Program-made: the position numbers and the translations under genes
In this document: piece after piece, positions 21,779 to 39,697 of the stretch
Numbering within the stretch: the stretch's first letter is position 1
How the letters are laid out: each line of letters opens with the position of its first letter
NCBI RefSeq assembly: GCF_009914755.1
Contig: NC_060925.1
Source: the human T2T-CHM13v2.0 reference genome, Homo sapiens
Strand: one strand, 5' to 3'
Length of the DNA: 64,000 nucleotides
Notes under the pieces: generated by a model
Databases searched by the model: none
What the model saw: only the letters and a program-made list of their open reading frames with translations
What the model was told of the DNA's origin: nothing

Positions 21779-22049
21779 TCTTTATACCTCGATCCCCTTC
21801 ATATTAACAAGGAGGCTCAGGCAGAAGGCACAGACTTAAATGGTTTTCCTTTATGCCTTGCTTTCAGGTCATTTGTCACTTCACTTCTGGTGACTCAGAG
21901 TCTGACCCCAGCCTCACACTTGATAATGCACCATGCACGGTTCTTGCAGAGATAGGGCCTTCCTTTTGCATGGGAAGTACTCGGTAGTTACGGTGCGCTA
22001 GTCAGGGTTGTAGTCAGAGGACCTGGAGTTCTCTCATCTGCCACCTACT

Positions 22050-25000
<2,951 letters not shown>

Positions 25001-25261
25001 TTTGTACAAGAGTTAGTTCTTCAGTCTTTTCTTTTTTTTTTTTTTAACCTTTTCTTCCTTTGATTCTTTCTTAGAAGTAGATGGGATATAAATAATTTGT
25101 ACATTCAAAAACCCTAAATTTGTACATTCAAAAACCCTAAAGAAATGCCCTTGCAGAAGTAGAGGGTTGTGGTTAGAGTATGAGTTTGGAGTCAGCCCAA
25201 ACTGGCTTCAAATCCTAGCTCAACAAATGTTTATGGGATGTGTTAACTAACTTGATGGTGG

Positions 25262-25313
25262 TATAGATAGATAGATGGATAGACAGATAGATAGATAGAT
25301 AGATAGATAGATA
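25262..25313. repeat. (GATA)n tetranucleotide STR
   Basis: About 12 TAGA-type units with two variant units. Confidence 0.92.
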
Positions 25314-27090
25314 CACACATACATATATACACATATATAAAATCACTTTATATAGTTTAAATATATATAATTTTATCTGTCGATTATATCTCAATAAATC
25401 TGGATAAAAATAAAAGGCTGACTTCAAGTAAAAAAACAAAAACACAAATAAGTGCTTTTAAGCAGCAGGCCCTTGTAGATGCCAGGGATAAAGCAGTGAA
25501 CAACAGACAAACATCGCTGCCCTCACCAAGCTTTATCTCTGCTACTCGGCAAATATTTGCATGTTTACTCTGTGCCAACCACTGTTCATTAAGCTGTGTT
25601 TATAAAATGGTGATAACAGATTATCTTGTCCGTTTGTTTTAAGGAATCATTATAACGTATCCATGTGCTTGATATAATGCCTGACACACAGAAGCACTCA
25701 ACACAGAGAAGCCATGTCTACGTTTAGACAGGGAGGTGTGTCTTGCAGAAATTAGCCTCGATATACATTGGGTGCCCACTATATGTTCCACAATCATCTT
25801 AAAATAGTACTCAGATCCTGGCAGAATTTACTTTCCAGTGGGAACAAGAGATAAATAACAGGTGCTATGAGCTGTGGCAAAATAATGAGCCAGAACAGAC
25901 TCTGGAGCCACCCACCTATTTTCAAATCCCAGCTTGCCCTTGGGAAAGTCACCTAACTGCTCTACTCAGTTTCCTCAGTTGTAAGACAGAGACAACAAGA
26001 ACAATGACAAAACTACCTCATAGGGCTTTGTGAGGATTAAATGAGTTAATATGTGTAAAAGTGCTTAAAGCAGTGCCTAGCTCATAGGACTACCTAAGCA
26101 CCAGCTAATGTTAACACTATTACGTATTAACTGCTAGGAGGAGAAATTAAGTCTCCCTAGAGTCAAAGAAGCTTTTTCTAAGGAGAGGACATCAGATCTG
26201 GGCCTTGAAGGATGTGCAGGAGTTCACTAGGTAAAGAGCAGGGGAAAGGACATTTCAAGGGAAGAAAACAGTTCAAGCAAATGAGCTGACCCATGGAAGA
26301 AATCATATCATTGAAACAAACAAAACTTAACAGCTGAAGCCTAGGTGGGTGGCAGCTGAAGCCCGAGGCACCGTTTCTGGCCATTAGTACTATAGTCCAC
26401 CAAACTAGTCAGTCTTAAGTCAGAGCTTGCCCTGATAACTTCCAAGAAATGATACCATATCATAAACCAACATTTTAATAGCATTAACAATTTTTCCCCA
26501 ATGAAGCAAATAAATCCAATTTGTACTTACCATTTACTGGGCACTACAGTGCCAAAACACTATGCTATTTACAACAGGACCTCACTTAATCCTTACCATG
26601 TCCCGTGGAATACAGATAACTTCATTTTATACATGAGGAAACAGGCTTTTAAGCAATATTCCCAAGATCACACAGATAGTATATTAGAAAGTAAAGTGTT
26701 CAGCTGCAAATACAAATAGTGGTTTCTTTCTCCCCCTGTCCCCTCCCTGCCACATAAAGTCTGAAAGTAGGCAGTTAAGTCATTAGTTCAGTTATTCAAC
26801 AATGCCACCAAAACACCTTCCATCTTTCCTCCCCACCATCTTTACAGTATGAGCCACTGGCCCTGATGTTTATACAGTCTCCCATTCCCTATAATGCTTT
26901 CTTATTCTCATCTTAAAGTCCTACCAGCCAGGATTTTCTCAAGCTTTACTTTTTGAAATATTTCAGAGGTCAGCTCAATACAACTCACTAATTTCACAGA
27001 TGGAGAAATAGATTTGCCCCTAGCAAACTGAGTTAAATTAATTAGTTAAATGAGCCTGGAATTGAGTGCTCCTTCCATGATACCAATCTA

Positions 27091-27579
27091 GTGGTGACTG
27101 TAAGTTGCCCACCAAAACCTGTCCTCCCATTCCTTCTTGGCACATGGCTTGACTACGTTTCTCAGCCTTCCTGGCAGGTAGGTGTGGCCATCGGGCTAAG
27201 TCATTGCCAATGGAAAGTGAGAATGTAGGCAGAAGTATCCGTGCCACTGCAGGGTCCAGGCCTTCAGGCAGCGGGTCTACCTCCTCCCTGTTCCTTTTCC
27301 CCTTCCCATCAGCTAGGACCAGTGATGACCCAGCTTCAAGCATGCAGCAGATGAGGACAATGCTCCAGAGGATGGAGAAGCAACATGATACGAGGAATCT
27401 GTGTCCCTGAATGACCATTTGGTGCACAGCTGCCCCAATGACCTGGATCACTCACTTCAGACAGGTTAATTCCCTTCAGAGCTGTTACGTGAGAAAGAAT
27501 AAACTTCTTTGTTCTTTAAGCCACTGTATTGTTGAGTCTCTTTGTTATAGCAACTTAGCCTTTTACCTGAACTAATACA
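27091..27579 (+). mobile_element. MLT1J-like MaLR LTR
   Basis: GTAGGTGTGGCCAT..GCCAATGG; AATAAACTTC..TTAAGCCACTG..TTTGTTATAGCA..ACTAATACA end. Confidence 0.7.
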
Positions 27580-27909
27580 AACATGCAGCTTCCTTTGTAA
27601 GCATTCAGAGTAGCTTTACAAATAACCAGTTAGCCATCATTTTAGAAAACAGCCTTAACTGCCCAAGTAGGTGATAATCAAATACAGAAATTCCTGCTGG
27701 TGGCTATCCCAAAATTTCTTCATCCTGGTTAAAAAGTATTTAACAATTGAAGCAGATCACTTATGTAGAGACCTACTTAGTTTTTATGCTTTCATGCAAT
27801 TGATTCAACAAATATTTGACTGTGTCTAGGTGCTAGGGATATTGACAAGTCACTGCATTCATAAAAGGTTGATTTCATGCATGTGTGTTTGGGGGAGGGG
27901 GTTGTTAGT

Positions 27910-28235
<326 letters not shown>

Positions 28236-30489
28236 CTGTTATTTTTTAATGTTATACTGGGTGTTTTGTTTTGTTTTAAGCAAAAAAATCCTCTTTGGAA
28301 CTAAAGAGAGCTAAGAGAGGACAAAAAATTACTGAGAGTTAGGAAGGATCAAGCCATATTCCTGGAATACAGATGAGCTGTTCTCTTGCTTAGCCCTAAG
28401 AATCAAGCAAAGTATTTTCAAGTCTAGATCTCTCTTCAGAATCAAAGTACTTTCTACCCACTTACAACAGCACTGCCTGAACTGTGAGAAGTATCTAAAG
28501 CCTAATCAAGATTTTTACTGACAGAAGCAGATGAACCTAATAGCTCACTGAGTATTGGAATTAATTGCCAAAGCCATTTAGATAGCACTGCTGGTGTGAT
28601 GGACTGGAGGCTCTGGATACCTGGACTGGAGGGCTCTGCTTGCCTTGGGATTGCTATGGCCAGATGGTACAAAATGGCATTCCTCATTCTCACTCCAGGC
28701 TGAGCAAATAGCCCAAAGCTCTATGGTACTTTTCAGCTCTCAAATGAGATTTGGTATGAGATTTAGTAATAGAGTAAGAAAGGTGATCTAAGGTTTGTCC
28801 CAGCTTTGCCTTGCTCTGTGACTGGAACATCCATGTTTTAGGCCTCAGTTTCCCCATCCATACAAGAGATAAAGAATTCTTTCATCTCTACATTTACGAC
28901 CACCACAAGACAAATTACTTTCCTTCCCTACACTCAACAGCGAAGTCATTCATAGGGGAGCAGGCACAAAAGGGGAAATCTACTCAGGGCAATGCTTCAG
29001 ACCAGAGCACCAGGCAGATTTCTAGTGAGTGTTCTGCCTTTCCCAGGCTCTTTGCTGCTGATAAAGGAATTTCATTTGGCTGAATTTACAATTTCTAAGA
29101 ATATGAACAGTGGGCTCAACCACACTGCCTTACACTTAGTAAGTGCTTCATAAATATTAGACACTTTTTTTTTGGTAAAAAAGGCCTGATTTCCAATTGC
29201 CATAGAGATAACAATGAGTTCAATGAGAAGTTACTGCTCCAGGTATTTCAGATGGAAGGATTAAAAGCTTTTTGACGTACAATTATTAAAACTAGTTTTT
29301 CCTGCTTGTCTACTGAAACCTTTTTAGGCTTTAAAACATACTTAGCAACTTGAACGAAGAATATTTCAGAGAAACTAAAGGTTCTTCCCTACAAACTGCC
29401 AGCTTAACACAGTGCTTAATAGCTTGAGTCTACCAGCCTCACCTCAATTCCAGCTCTACCGCTTGCTAGCTGTACTCCATTGCTGAGCCTTAGTTTCCTC
29501 CCTGGTTAACAGCAAAGGAAACAGCATCTCCCTCCCAGGGCTGTGTGAGAAGATAACATATAAAAACGACTTGGCACTGCTTGGCTCACAGTAAGTACTC
29601 ATCTCCACTCCCACCGGGAAGATGTGGCTTCCCACCTTGTTAGGTCCTAAAGTAGTTAATAAACTTCTTTGCCCAGAGAATAAATTTATTTTTGAGATTC
29701 AAATCAGTTAAAAGTGGGTGAGGCTCTGGAATTCAGCACTGTTTAAAAAGGTCAATCAAGTTAGATAGTTTTTTTACTCTACCTTCTCCTCTATGAAGTC
29801 TTATATGCATAGGAAACAAAACATTTATCAAGAATTGCTTTTCAAGGTGCAGCAGAAATGCTCCTCCTTCCATGATCCCTTCCCTTCCTTCTAAACTGAA
29901 ATTCTACACAGCTCTTACGGCCTTTGATACTGTCTTGCCTGGATTGGTGTTTGTGTACACATGCAATTATTTATAAGCTCCCTGAAGGCAAGAACCACAT
30001 CTCATCTCTGCATTCCCTTTAGCCTAATTCAGGGCCTCTCATAGAGTAGATTCTGCACAAACAAAATGTATTTGAATGGGGAGTTAACGCTTAAAGGGCA
30101 CAAAGTTTGTTTGGAGTGACAAAAACGTTTTGGAAATAGTGGCAACGATTGCACAACATTGTGAATGTAGTTAATGCTGCTGAATTATACCCTAAAAATG
30201 CTATATTTGATGTTATATATAAATAAGTATCTGTTTAACATTGCTGGCAGCTCAGGTCACTCCAGAAAGAGGGCTTCAATTGGAAGTAATAGATCTCCAA
30301 TAAAAGACCCTCTCTAGATGTCTTCAAGGACTATAACGTGTTAAATAAACACCCGCTACATAAATGAACAGACAGCATGATCTACAAAAAGTGTCAAATT
30401 TGAGAAAAAGCTATCACATTGATAACAGAGCATACTGTGTATAAACTAGGCATGGACTTGTATATCTTTTTAAGGATCAAAGAGGCTCT

Positions 30490-31179
30490 TGTAAATTTTT
30501 TCTTTATTTAAACTTCAATAAAAATATAGATTTGTAACTCAATAGAAAGACAGCAGTGATAATAACTCACACATGAGCAGCTCGCAAATTTCAAAGTCTT
30601 TGGTCTTCAAGTCCTATGTCACAGCTTCCTCAGTCTGATTCCCTCCTTCTCTGTAGAATTCTGAGAACTAGTTTGGTTCACTTAATCATCTCAATGGAGA
30701 TGGCCCTTTCCTGCCATTCACTCAAATCTAGAACTCCCAATATGTGGCTCACAAATACTTCAGTCATCTACAAAAGCATCTGGAAATTAGATAATTTTAG
30801 CCAGAGTCAGGGACATAAAACTTCTTTAAAGGGATGCAGTCAATCCTGGTATTCACCACAAAGAAGATCCTCATGTATAAAAATGTGGAATCTGTGCTGC
30901 TTTTAATAATAGAACCTTTAAGGTTCAAAGAAAAAAAAAATGCTTTCCTGAACTACATCATTTCCAGACACATCAGCCACACAAGGAGCTGACAAGACCT
31001 GCTGTTTCTATTATAGAGAACGTGAGACTTTAAAACCACATCAAAAGAAAATGGTGGGAGCTTTTCTGCTATGCAGAGAATTCCGCATAGCACTCCTTTG
31101 CCCAGACTGGGAGACAAACATACCCCTCCCTCCTGAACTGGATCCCCACCACCTTTCCAAAGGCCACTGGACATGTCTC
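30490..31179 (-). other. TRIT1: TRIT1 3' UTR to the likely proximal poly(A) site (about 690 nt)
   Basis: Runs from the stop codon to an AATAAA and a CA dinucleotide about 13 nt further on. Longer UTR forms are not excluded. Confidence 0.7.
30503..30508 (-). terminator. AATAAA polyadenylation signal for TRIT1
   Basis: TTTATT on the + strand, with a U-rich upstream element on the - strand and a probable cleavage CA at about 30491-30490. Confidence 0.7.
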
Positions 31180-31386
<207 letters not shown>

Positions 31387-33516
31387 TCATTAGGAATTTT
31401 CTAGAATTAATCCTAGAAGCAAGTAAAATTAACTATACAATGCTTTTCTTCAACAATAAACAGCAAGATCAACACATGTACTGGTATAGCTGCTTAGCAT
31501 TTTTAAGGGAAGAATAAATTATATGGCCAGCCAGCTAGCAAAATAGAGTGAGCTACCACATATCAAGTGCTCCCTGTTAGGTACTTTACATCACCAATCC
31601 TCATGGCAGTCTTGTAAGATGGTACTATTCTGCTCATTTTATACAAGGGAAACTGAAGTTCAGAGAGGTCTTACAAAATGTCCAAGGTCACACAGCAGGT
31701 AAACTCTTCTACTTAGACCTATAGCTCCAAAAAGAGATCCCACTTTCCAGAATCAGGTCTCTGTAGTATGGGGCTTCCTGTTATAGATGCATTTTTAACT
31801 TGTAAGGTTGAAAAGTTAGAAATTCAAATCCTCATCTGTATTGCAGGGCATTGCCTGTTGTCCTTCCTGGTCTGGCATCCCTGTGCCTGGGTCAAAAAGG
31901 TCATGTGAACGACTCTCTGGCAAGATTCCTATTCTCTAGGCACACACTGCTCCAGGGAGACAGGAAGGTGCATTTATCACCGACGATCTCTTCTGAGGGT
32001 CCAAGAAGGAAGTCAAGCTTTAGGGCCACTGTTGCCTGCTATCAACTGCTGACCTGTCACCCCTAAGACAGTTCCCACCTTCTGACTAACTCATACAGAT
32101 TTATTTTCACTATCCTGTTCTTTTTTCAAGGAAATCTCATCTGGGAACACTGAAAGAGATGGACAACTAGTTTAAATTCTCTTTTATACATATTAAAAAC
32201 ATCATTTTTAAGAGTTTAGAAGCAAGAATAAGTAAGGTAGAGGTTAGAATTAAGAGAAAAGTTTACTTGGGGAAGAAGTCAGCTTTGTTTTCCAGCTAGA
32301 GCCTAAGGCAAAAAACGGGCTTCTGGGCTGGCTCTCCATGGCAGCAGGAGATGGGAGTAAGGACTTGACAGATGGCACTACAGAAGGGCTTACACAAGCT
32401 AAGCTCACAAAGGCTCACACATGTTGCTTCTCTAAGGCTATCCCTGAAGAACATTCAACAAATCGAACCACTAAGTTTCCTTTAGAAAAAAACAATCAGA
32501 CACTCTCTTTCTCTTCCCCTTTCATCATTATAAACCAATGACAATCGAGGCTTCTTCTGCTGGTTGGGCAATCACAGCCGTCCCCAGTCTCTGACAATGG
32601 AGTTCATTTTGCCAGTTACCAGTTAATAGACCTAATCATCCTATTGGTTGCTTTGGGGAGAAAAATCTACTTCTCTGAGAATCCCATGCAAAACAGTACT
32701 CTGAACAGAAGGATCCCAGCTGCTGAGTAAACGACAAGCCCCACTGTGCCTGAAAGCAGCAAACCTTACACCTATTTCTAAATACCATGTAAACTCAAGG
32801 CTTGGGGAAGAAGTCCTGGGCTTTGACTGGATGACTACAGAAATCTGAAAATCCAATGATGTGTGTGCAGTGTGACTCTGTGGCAGAGGCAGATCCAGGC
32901 TCTAATGCAGGGATAGAGCCTTAGGGTGGGGCTGGCCCTGAGGTGGTGGGGAACTAACCTTCTTTATACATGTGTGACAGGCTTACTTTCACACAGTTTC
33001 TCTTAACTTCTTTTTATCACAGTTTTAGCAACTACCACTATGCCAACAATTACCTCAAAAGTTACTGAAGAGATACCACTTTTAAAAACCACACTCAGGA
33101 GTAGTAACTCTACTTCCTGCCCCCTCCCAGCTATGCTTCTGCTTCTTCCAGTCTCCTGGATGAGCTGCCTGGCTTCCCTTACACCCTTACTTCCTGATCC
33201 CACCCCCACTGAATTATAAACATGAAAGGCCAAGAAACTCCTCCAAGCCAGGACCACAAAGTCAAAGGAGCTCTAGAAAGTTAACTGCAGATCTCTTAGT
33301 ATAAAATATTAATTCCAGCTGAAGATGGAGAGCATCTGATCTTCCTCTGAATCTCAGAATACAGAGACAAATTCCCAGAAGCCTCCAAGGAATTTGAGCA
33401 CAGGCTCTTAGAGGAATCTAGCTGTCCCTTTACAAATAAATAGACTCCAGGTTCAATCTGCCAAAGACTCTAAATTTCATGAAGTCAATGTGAACCCACC
33501 CTTATAGATTTCTTCA

Positions 33517-33654
<138 letters not shown>

Positions 33655-33861
33655 CTAAAAGAACAAGGGTGGAAGGGAGTATTCAATTCAAAGAGATCTG
33701 GATATAATTCTCTATTAAGGGAAATGGGATTTTCCTAAAATTCCTTTTTCTCAACCCAGAGAGCAGATGGGCTGTATACAGATTTTAGCAACAACCTTTC
33801 TGAATGTAAAAGTAGAAAAGCAGTCTCCAGGTATTAAAAAGCAGCCAGCCCTTCTGCTTTA

Positions 33862-34209
<348 letters not shown>

Positions 34210-36655
34210 CTAAACATGAACCACAATCCAAGAAAGACCTAGAGGTTTAACTGCTCTGCAGCTAGTAAGACTAGCTACATAATCTGGATACATGGGTGCA
34301 GGATCTTCCAGATCAGCCAGAAAACCAGAATAGAGTTAACAGCTCAAGTGACCATTGTGTGAGCTACAACACAAAGACAGCACATCGTAAGAAGAAATAA
34401 ACTAACAGCTTTAAGTAAGTGCCTATTCTAAGTTCCATATCATCTTACAATGATGGCGATCTGTGGCAAGAGAATTCACAGCTTTCTTTAGGAGCAGATA
34501 CTAGTCTCGGGTTTGCATATATTCCCTCAGCGGCCTGGGACTCATGAAATGCTCTGAAAGCATGGGCTGGGAACAGAATCATATCAACCAATAAGCCGCA
34601 GAATCTGCGAACCAGAAAGAAGTCTTAGAATTGATGTAGTTGAGCAACTTCTTTTAAAAACCTGATCTAGAGGGTATTCAAGAAACACTCCCTGGCAGAC
34701 ACTTTTGAATGAAGATGAGACTGAAGGTAGCAAAGAGTGCAGCTACAGGTATTTCACCCACCTGAGCCAACCATGTTGCAAGAGTTTAGTCTCTGTGGTT
34801 AGCTTCCCTGCCTATATACACACTAAACTGCCTTCCACAACTAGGTTAAGTCAGTTGCCTAAAGGCAAAGGAGCATCGCCCATGGGCAAAAACATCAAAG
34901 GCCTTCGGATGCCAACGACTGGCAGGTGCTGGCCTTTTGATTGTGCCAACCCCAAATAAGATTCTTCATAAACTGGACTGGGCTGCACCTGCTACCACAG
35001 GAAAGGTGAGACTAGGAGGGTGCAGGCAGCATCCACAGCACACCTGGCCTTGGCTAAGCTCTGCACCTGTTTCCAGGCCACTCTACATTTTCCTTTCTCC
35101 TCTAAGCCCTTTGTTGGGCTTCTGTGCCCTGTCTAAGCACCTTTCAACAAGTTCTCGGCTCCCAGCTGCTATTTCTGGCTTGGGTCCAAGGCCATGCTGG
35201 GGTGGGGAAGTCCCCCTGGCTTCCTGCCAGAACCATATCCCAGCAGACCAGCCCTGGCCAATCACGCACAGCTCCTGATTTACAGGGCAGCTGTGCCTTT
35301 CACTCCAGCACCAGGACGATGCCGGCATACACACGAATGAGGAACAGGCATATGACACACTGTGCCATCAACTCCTCCTACCACAGAGATGGAGGAATTA
35401 TTGTGGTTTTACTACAGGAAGAAGTTCTAAATTATTACCCAAAAGTCTTCTGTTAAAGGCTTATTGTCAGACATGGGGATAAGAGAAGCTGCATTAGAAA
35501 TTTGTAATACAGCACTGAGCTTCAACTTCAGATGACACTAAGACTTCTATCTACCAGGACATGCAGAGAAAACAGGATAAGTAGAGGAAAGCACAACAAG
35601 CCTCTTCACACCAGAACTCCACTGGAGAGCTCAGGCAGAGAGTGGGAGCTGGGAGAAAGAATGTTAGCAGTTTAGTGGTCAACAGCAGGGATCAAGGTAT
35701 GTATTTTCAGAGGCACCGAGTGGGGCAGAGGCTTCAGCTGGCCCTGTCTGTAATTGAGAGCAGAAGTCTACCAGCAAAAGGTAAACACAAGATGATTCAG
35801 AAGCATATTTAAAACATGTCCACAAGATAAAACTGAAGTTTCACTTATGCTTAAATTAATCTCCTTTAGCTCATAACCACATAGTTTTTACCCATGGTCC
35901 AATACTAATGCTGTCTTGCTAAAGTTACAGCTAAAGGAAGTAAGAGTAGTATAAAGGAGTGTGGACTCTGTGTCAGGCCTGCATTCAGTTATCTACTGCC
36001 GACTAGCTGGGTGATTTTTGGCAAGTTATTTAACTTCACTAGGCCTTCATTTTCTTATCTGTAAAAATAAAAGAATAACACCTACCTTGAAGACTCAATA
36101 ATATATGTATAACACCAAATTTAGTGCCAAAGACACAGTACAGGGCCAAATCAATGAGAATTTCCTTTCTTTTCCCTCAAAAATGCTGTTCAACTAAAGT
36201 TTCATTTGAAGCAATCTGAAGCACCATGTGGAGACGCTGGGAGAAATGGTGAAGGTGTCTTTTTATACAACTCATCTGGCCCCCCAAAAACACTGTAATT
36301 AGGAAATCTTCCCTACAGAAATCTGACTGCTCTTCAGGTACAAAACTGAAGCTAAAAATCAGCCCTGAACACCAACTCTCCAAAAAAGATGCTGCTGTTC
36401 TTCTTAGCTGTTTGCAGCCAGTATCCATCTGTTCAAGGCAGAAGGCAGACTCCTCAATGCAAATAATTTTTTTTTTTTTTGTGACATCCCAAGAAAATAT
36501 CCCTGGATAATCATTTATGTTATAGAACTTCCCTTAGGTCAGATCCAAAATCTTAGAACAGGCCCAGAATCTAAAATTCATTTTCTGGGTGAGCTGAGGA
36601 CATCTATATTCTATTGAAAACAGACCCATAGGATAAAGAAAAACATGAGACTTAC

Positions 36656-36733
36656 TGCTCAAAAAACGGTTTTTAACCCATCGGTTTTGTTTCCGGGCAT
36701 ATCTCTTAGTTACTTGTTTCAGAGCCTCAATAC
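36656..36733 (-). CDS. TRIT1: TRIT1 coding exon 8 ([25 protein letters not shown])
   Basis: 78 nt. CAG acceptor, GTAAG donor. Contains the T-RYA-KQ--W motif. Confidence 0.97.
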
Positions 36734-36966
36734 CTGAAAGATACAGTAGATTTAAGAACATCTAGGTAAGCACTCCTTACCCTGCAGAGAGGCAGGCCCT
36801 CCCAGCCCAGCAGGAAAAAGTCAGCCACGGCAGTGCAATGTCAGACTTGGTGGACAAAAATCTCAGTTCTGAGCTGAAGGCTATTTGGGACGCTTTAAGC
36901 CTTGGCTCTTTCTCAGACCATACCAGCAGAGTACCCTGCCACCCAAAGATGTCCAAGACTAGATTA

Positions 36967-37113
<147 letters not shown>

Positions 37114-37421
37114 TCAGCAGATAAGCCATTGCTCCTAAAAGCTAGCAGGGGCTTTGGAGATGGACCTAGTTGAGCCATTTCATCTGTCAGATAAGGAAAT
37201 TGAGATCCTGAGCAGTTACTGATTCTCTGAAATTTTCCCCTCCCCTACCCACCAGGTTACTTTCTTGAAAAGTTAACTCCTGGGACTGTCTGAAAGATTA
37301 AAAAACTGCATCTGCAAAGAAGGCTGATAAACAAGTAGACCCAAAGCCAGTATTAGCGTTATGGTCTTTTGATTGTCTGCAAAATATGGACAGTAGGTCA
37401 GAATAACAGCCAAATCCTCAC

Positions 37422-37533
37422 CTATTTTCCGAAACATTCTTCTGATTATAGCGTCTGTGAAAATCTCTTAGTTCCTCCAAGAGCCCAGCAGCAAGCATGT
37501 CATCCACCCTCTTATCCAAGCGCTCATCTAGAA
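37422..37533 (-). CDS. TRIT1: TRIT1 coding exon 6 ([37 protein letters not shown])
   Basis: 112 nt. AAG acceptor, GTGAG donor. Contains the L--RLD-RVD-ML--GL--E family motif. Confidence 0.97.
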
Positions 37534-37979
37534 CTTGAATCAAATTAGCCCATCAACCAGCAAGCAAGTTGTAGGTACCTACTATATACTTACATGACGA
37601 GTGAACAGGTGGTCACAAAAAAAGAGAATTTGTCCAAACGGAAGAAAGAATTCAGATTCCAAAGATTATTATAATAATTCATACGTTACTCACATTTAAG
37701 ACTTTGCAACTCCAAATAAAAATGAAGCATAGTCAGAATGAAGCACATGCCTCCTCATTATATAGAGAAAGCATACAATTACAGCAACTGTGAAGGACAA
37801 ATATTTTATTCTCATATGGAATGTGTTTTAGAGGTGGCTGAGGATCCCCTGGTTTACCTTTCTTATTTTTAATTTAATATGTCATTATACTGCAACTTAG
37901 TGTTACTTTATGTTTAAGAACCCCTAGATGACACCTTGGATAAGAACATGGAACTTTAATCCAAAGACATCCTAGATAC

Positions 37980-38294
<315 letters not shown>

Positions 38295-39554
38295 CTACTG
38301 AGCCAAGCAAAGGAGCAAAGAGTGAGAGGTCGTAATTGTTCAGATGTGACAAACAGCTTTACTATGAATCAGATACCATTATTTTATGCTGCCTGTAGAG
38401 TAAAAGTTTTTGTTTATAAAATTTCATTATTGAAAAATTACCTTTTTTATCAATTTATGGCAGATTAATTTAACAACAGATTGTCACCATTTTAATTATG
38501 TTCTTCTACATCTCTATCATTGTGATTTATTGGCCTACAGCAACAGTAACCTTCCTAGAAAGTTTGCATTTATTGAGGACCCGTCATGTGTCAGGCACAT
38601 TCTGAGCACTATATATGTATTAATTCATCTAATCCTTGATGAAGCTAGGAAATATGTGTTATTACTATTATCTCTATTTTACAGGAGAATTGGGAAACAG
38701 AAAGGTAAACTAATTTGTCTTAACAATTCACATAACTAGAAGCTAGTGGAGCAGGAATTTGCTATTAGACAGTCTGCCTCAAGAGCCTGTGCTCTTCAGT
38801 GCTACACTCTACTGTTTGTCCACATAATGATGTCATCTTTCCAGGCCTATCATAGGCTACCTTTGCAAACTGGTCTCTGACTCCCCCCAAGATAATATTC
38901 GTCATCCCTTCTCTGTGGCCCTACAGCACTCTGAAAATATATCTAGCCCAGCATTTATCACATAAATAATAGACAGACAGATAGTATCTATCTCCTTGTC
39001 TGTTGTCCCACTAGACTGGGAATTCCTTAAGGAAAGGCACTGTCTCTTCAACTCTGAAACCGAAGTACCACACAGAATACCCAGCACTTCATTGAATGCT
39101 TACTGAATGTTTGCTGGATGAATAAGTTACTACTATCACGGACATAATTATACTTTAGCAACAAAATACCATCAGGCTAGCAAGCTAATTATAAGGCATA
39201 CTGCTTCTAGAACATTCTAGCCTCCAGCCAACCTTCCACAAGAGACTGCCTTCTTTTTCTCCTTTGGACCTTCCCTGGATGGCAGTCTCTTTCCCATTCC
39301 GTCCATCCCATCCCACTCTACCTGTGATGTCTTCTCCTAATGCCAGGGCTATCCTTTCTCCCTTTCCAAACAGATATCTAGGGGAATGGCACTGTGCCTA
39401 AGCCAACAAATAATGATAATGATAATAAAATTAATAGCTAATACTTGTTTAGTGTTTATTATGAGCCACCCATGGTTCTCAGCATTTTCTATACAGTAAC
39501 TTATTACTCCAAGTTCCATCACAGATGGACTCTAGGGCATCAAAGGGCTGTTAC

Positions 39555-39697
39555 CTGCCTGGTCAGCATGAAGCCAAAGGATGCAAGGGTTAGAGAACTT
39601 CAGAGGACCTCCAAGGGGACCACCACCTTCTTCCGTATGTTGACGATGGAGAAATTCACTATGAGAGATTCCTGTTTCTTCAAAAACTTGCAAGCTC
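39555..39697 (-). CDS. TRIT1: TRIT1 coding exon 5 ([20 protein letters not shown]...LWLHADQA)
   Basis: 143 nt. TAG acceptor, GTAA donor. Lies within ORF 39532..39744; phase matches neighbouring exons. Confidence 0.97.
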
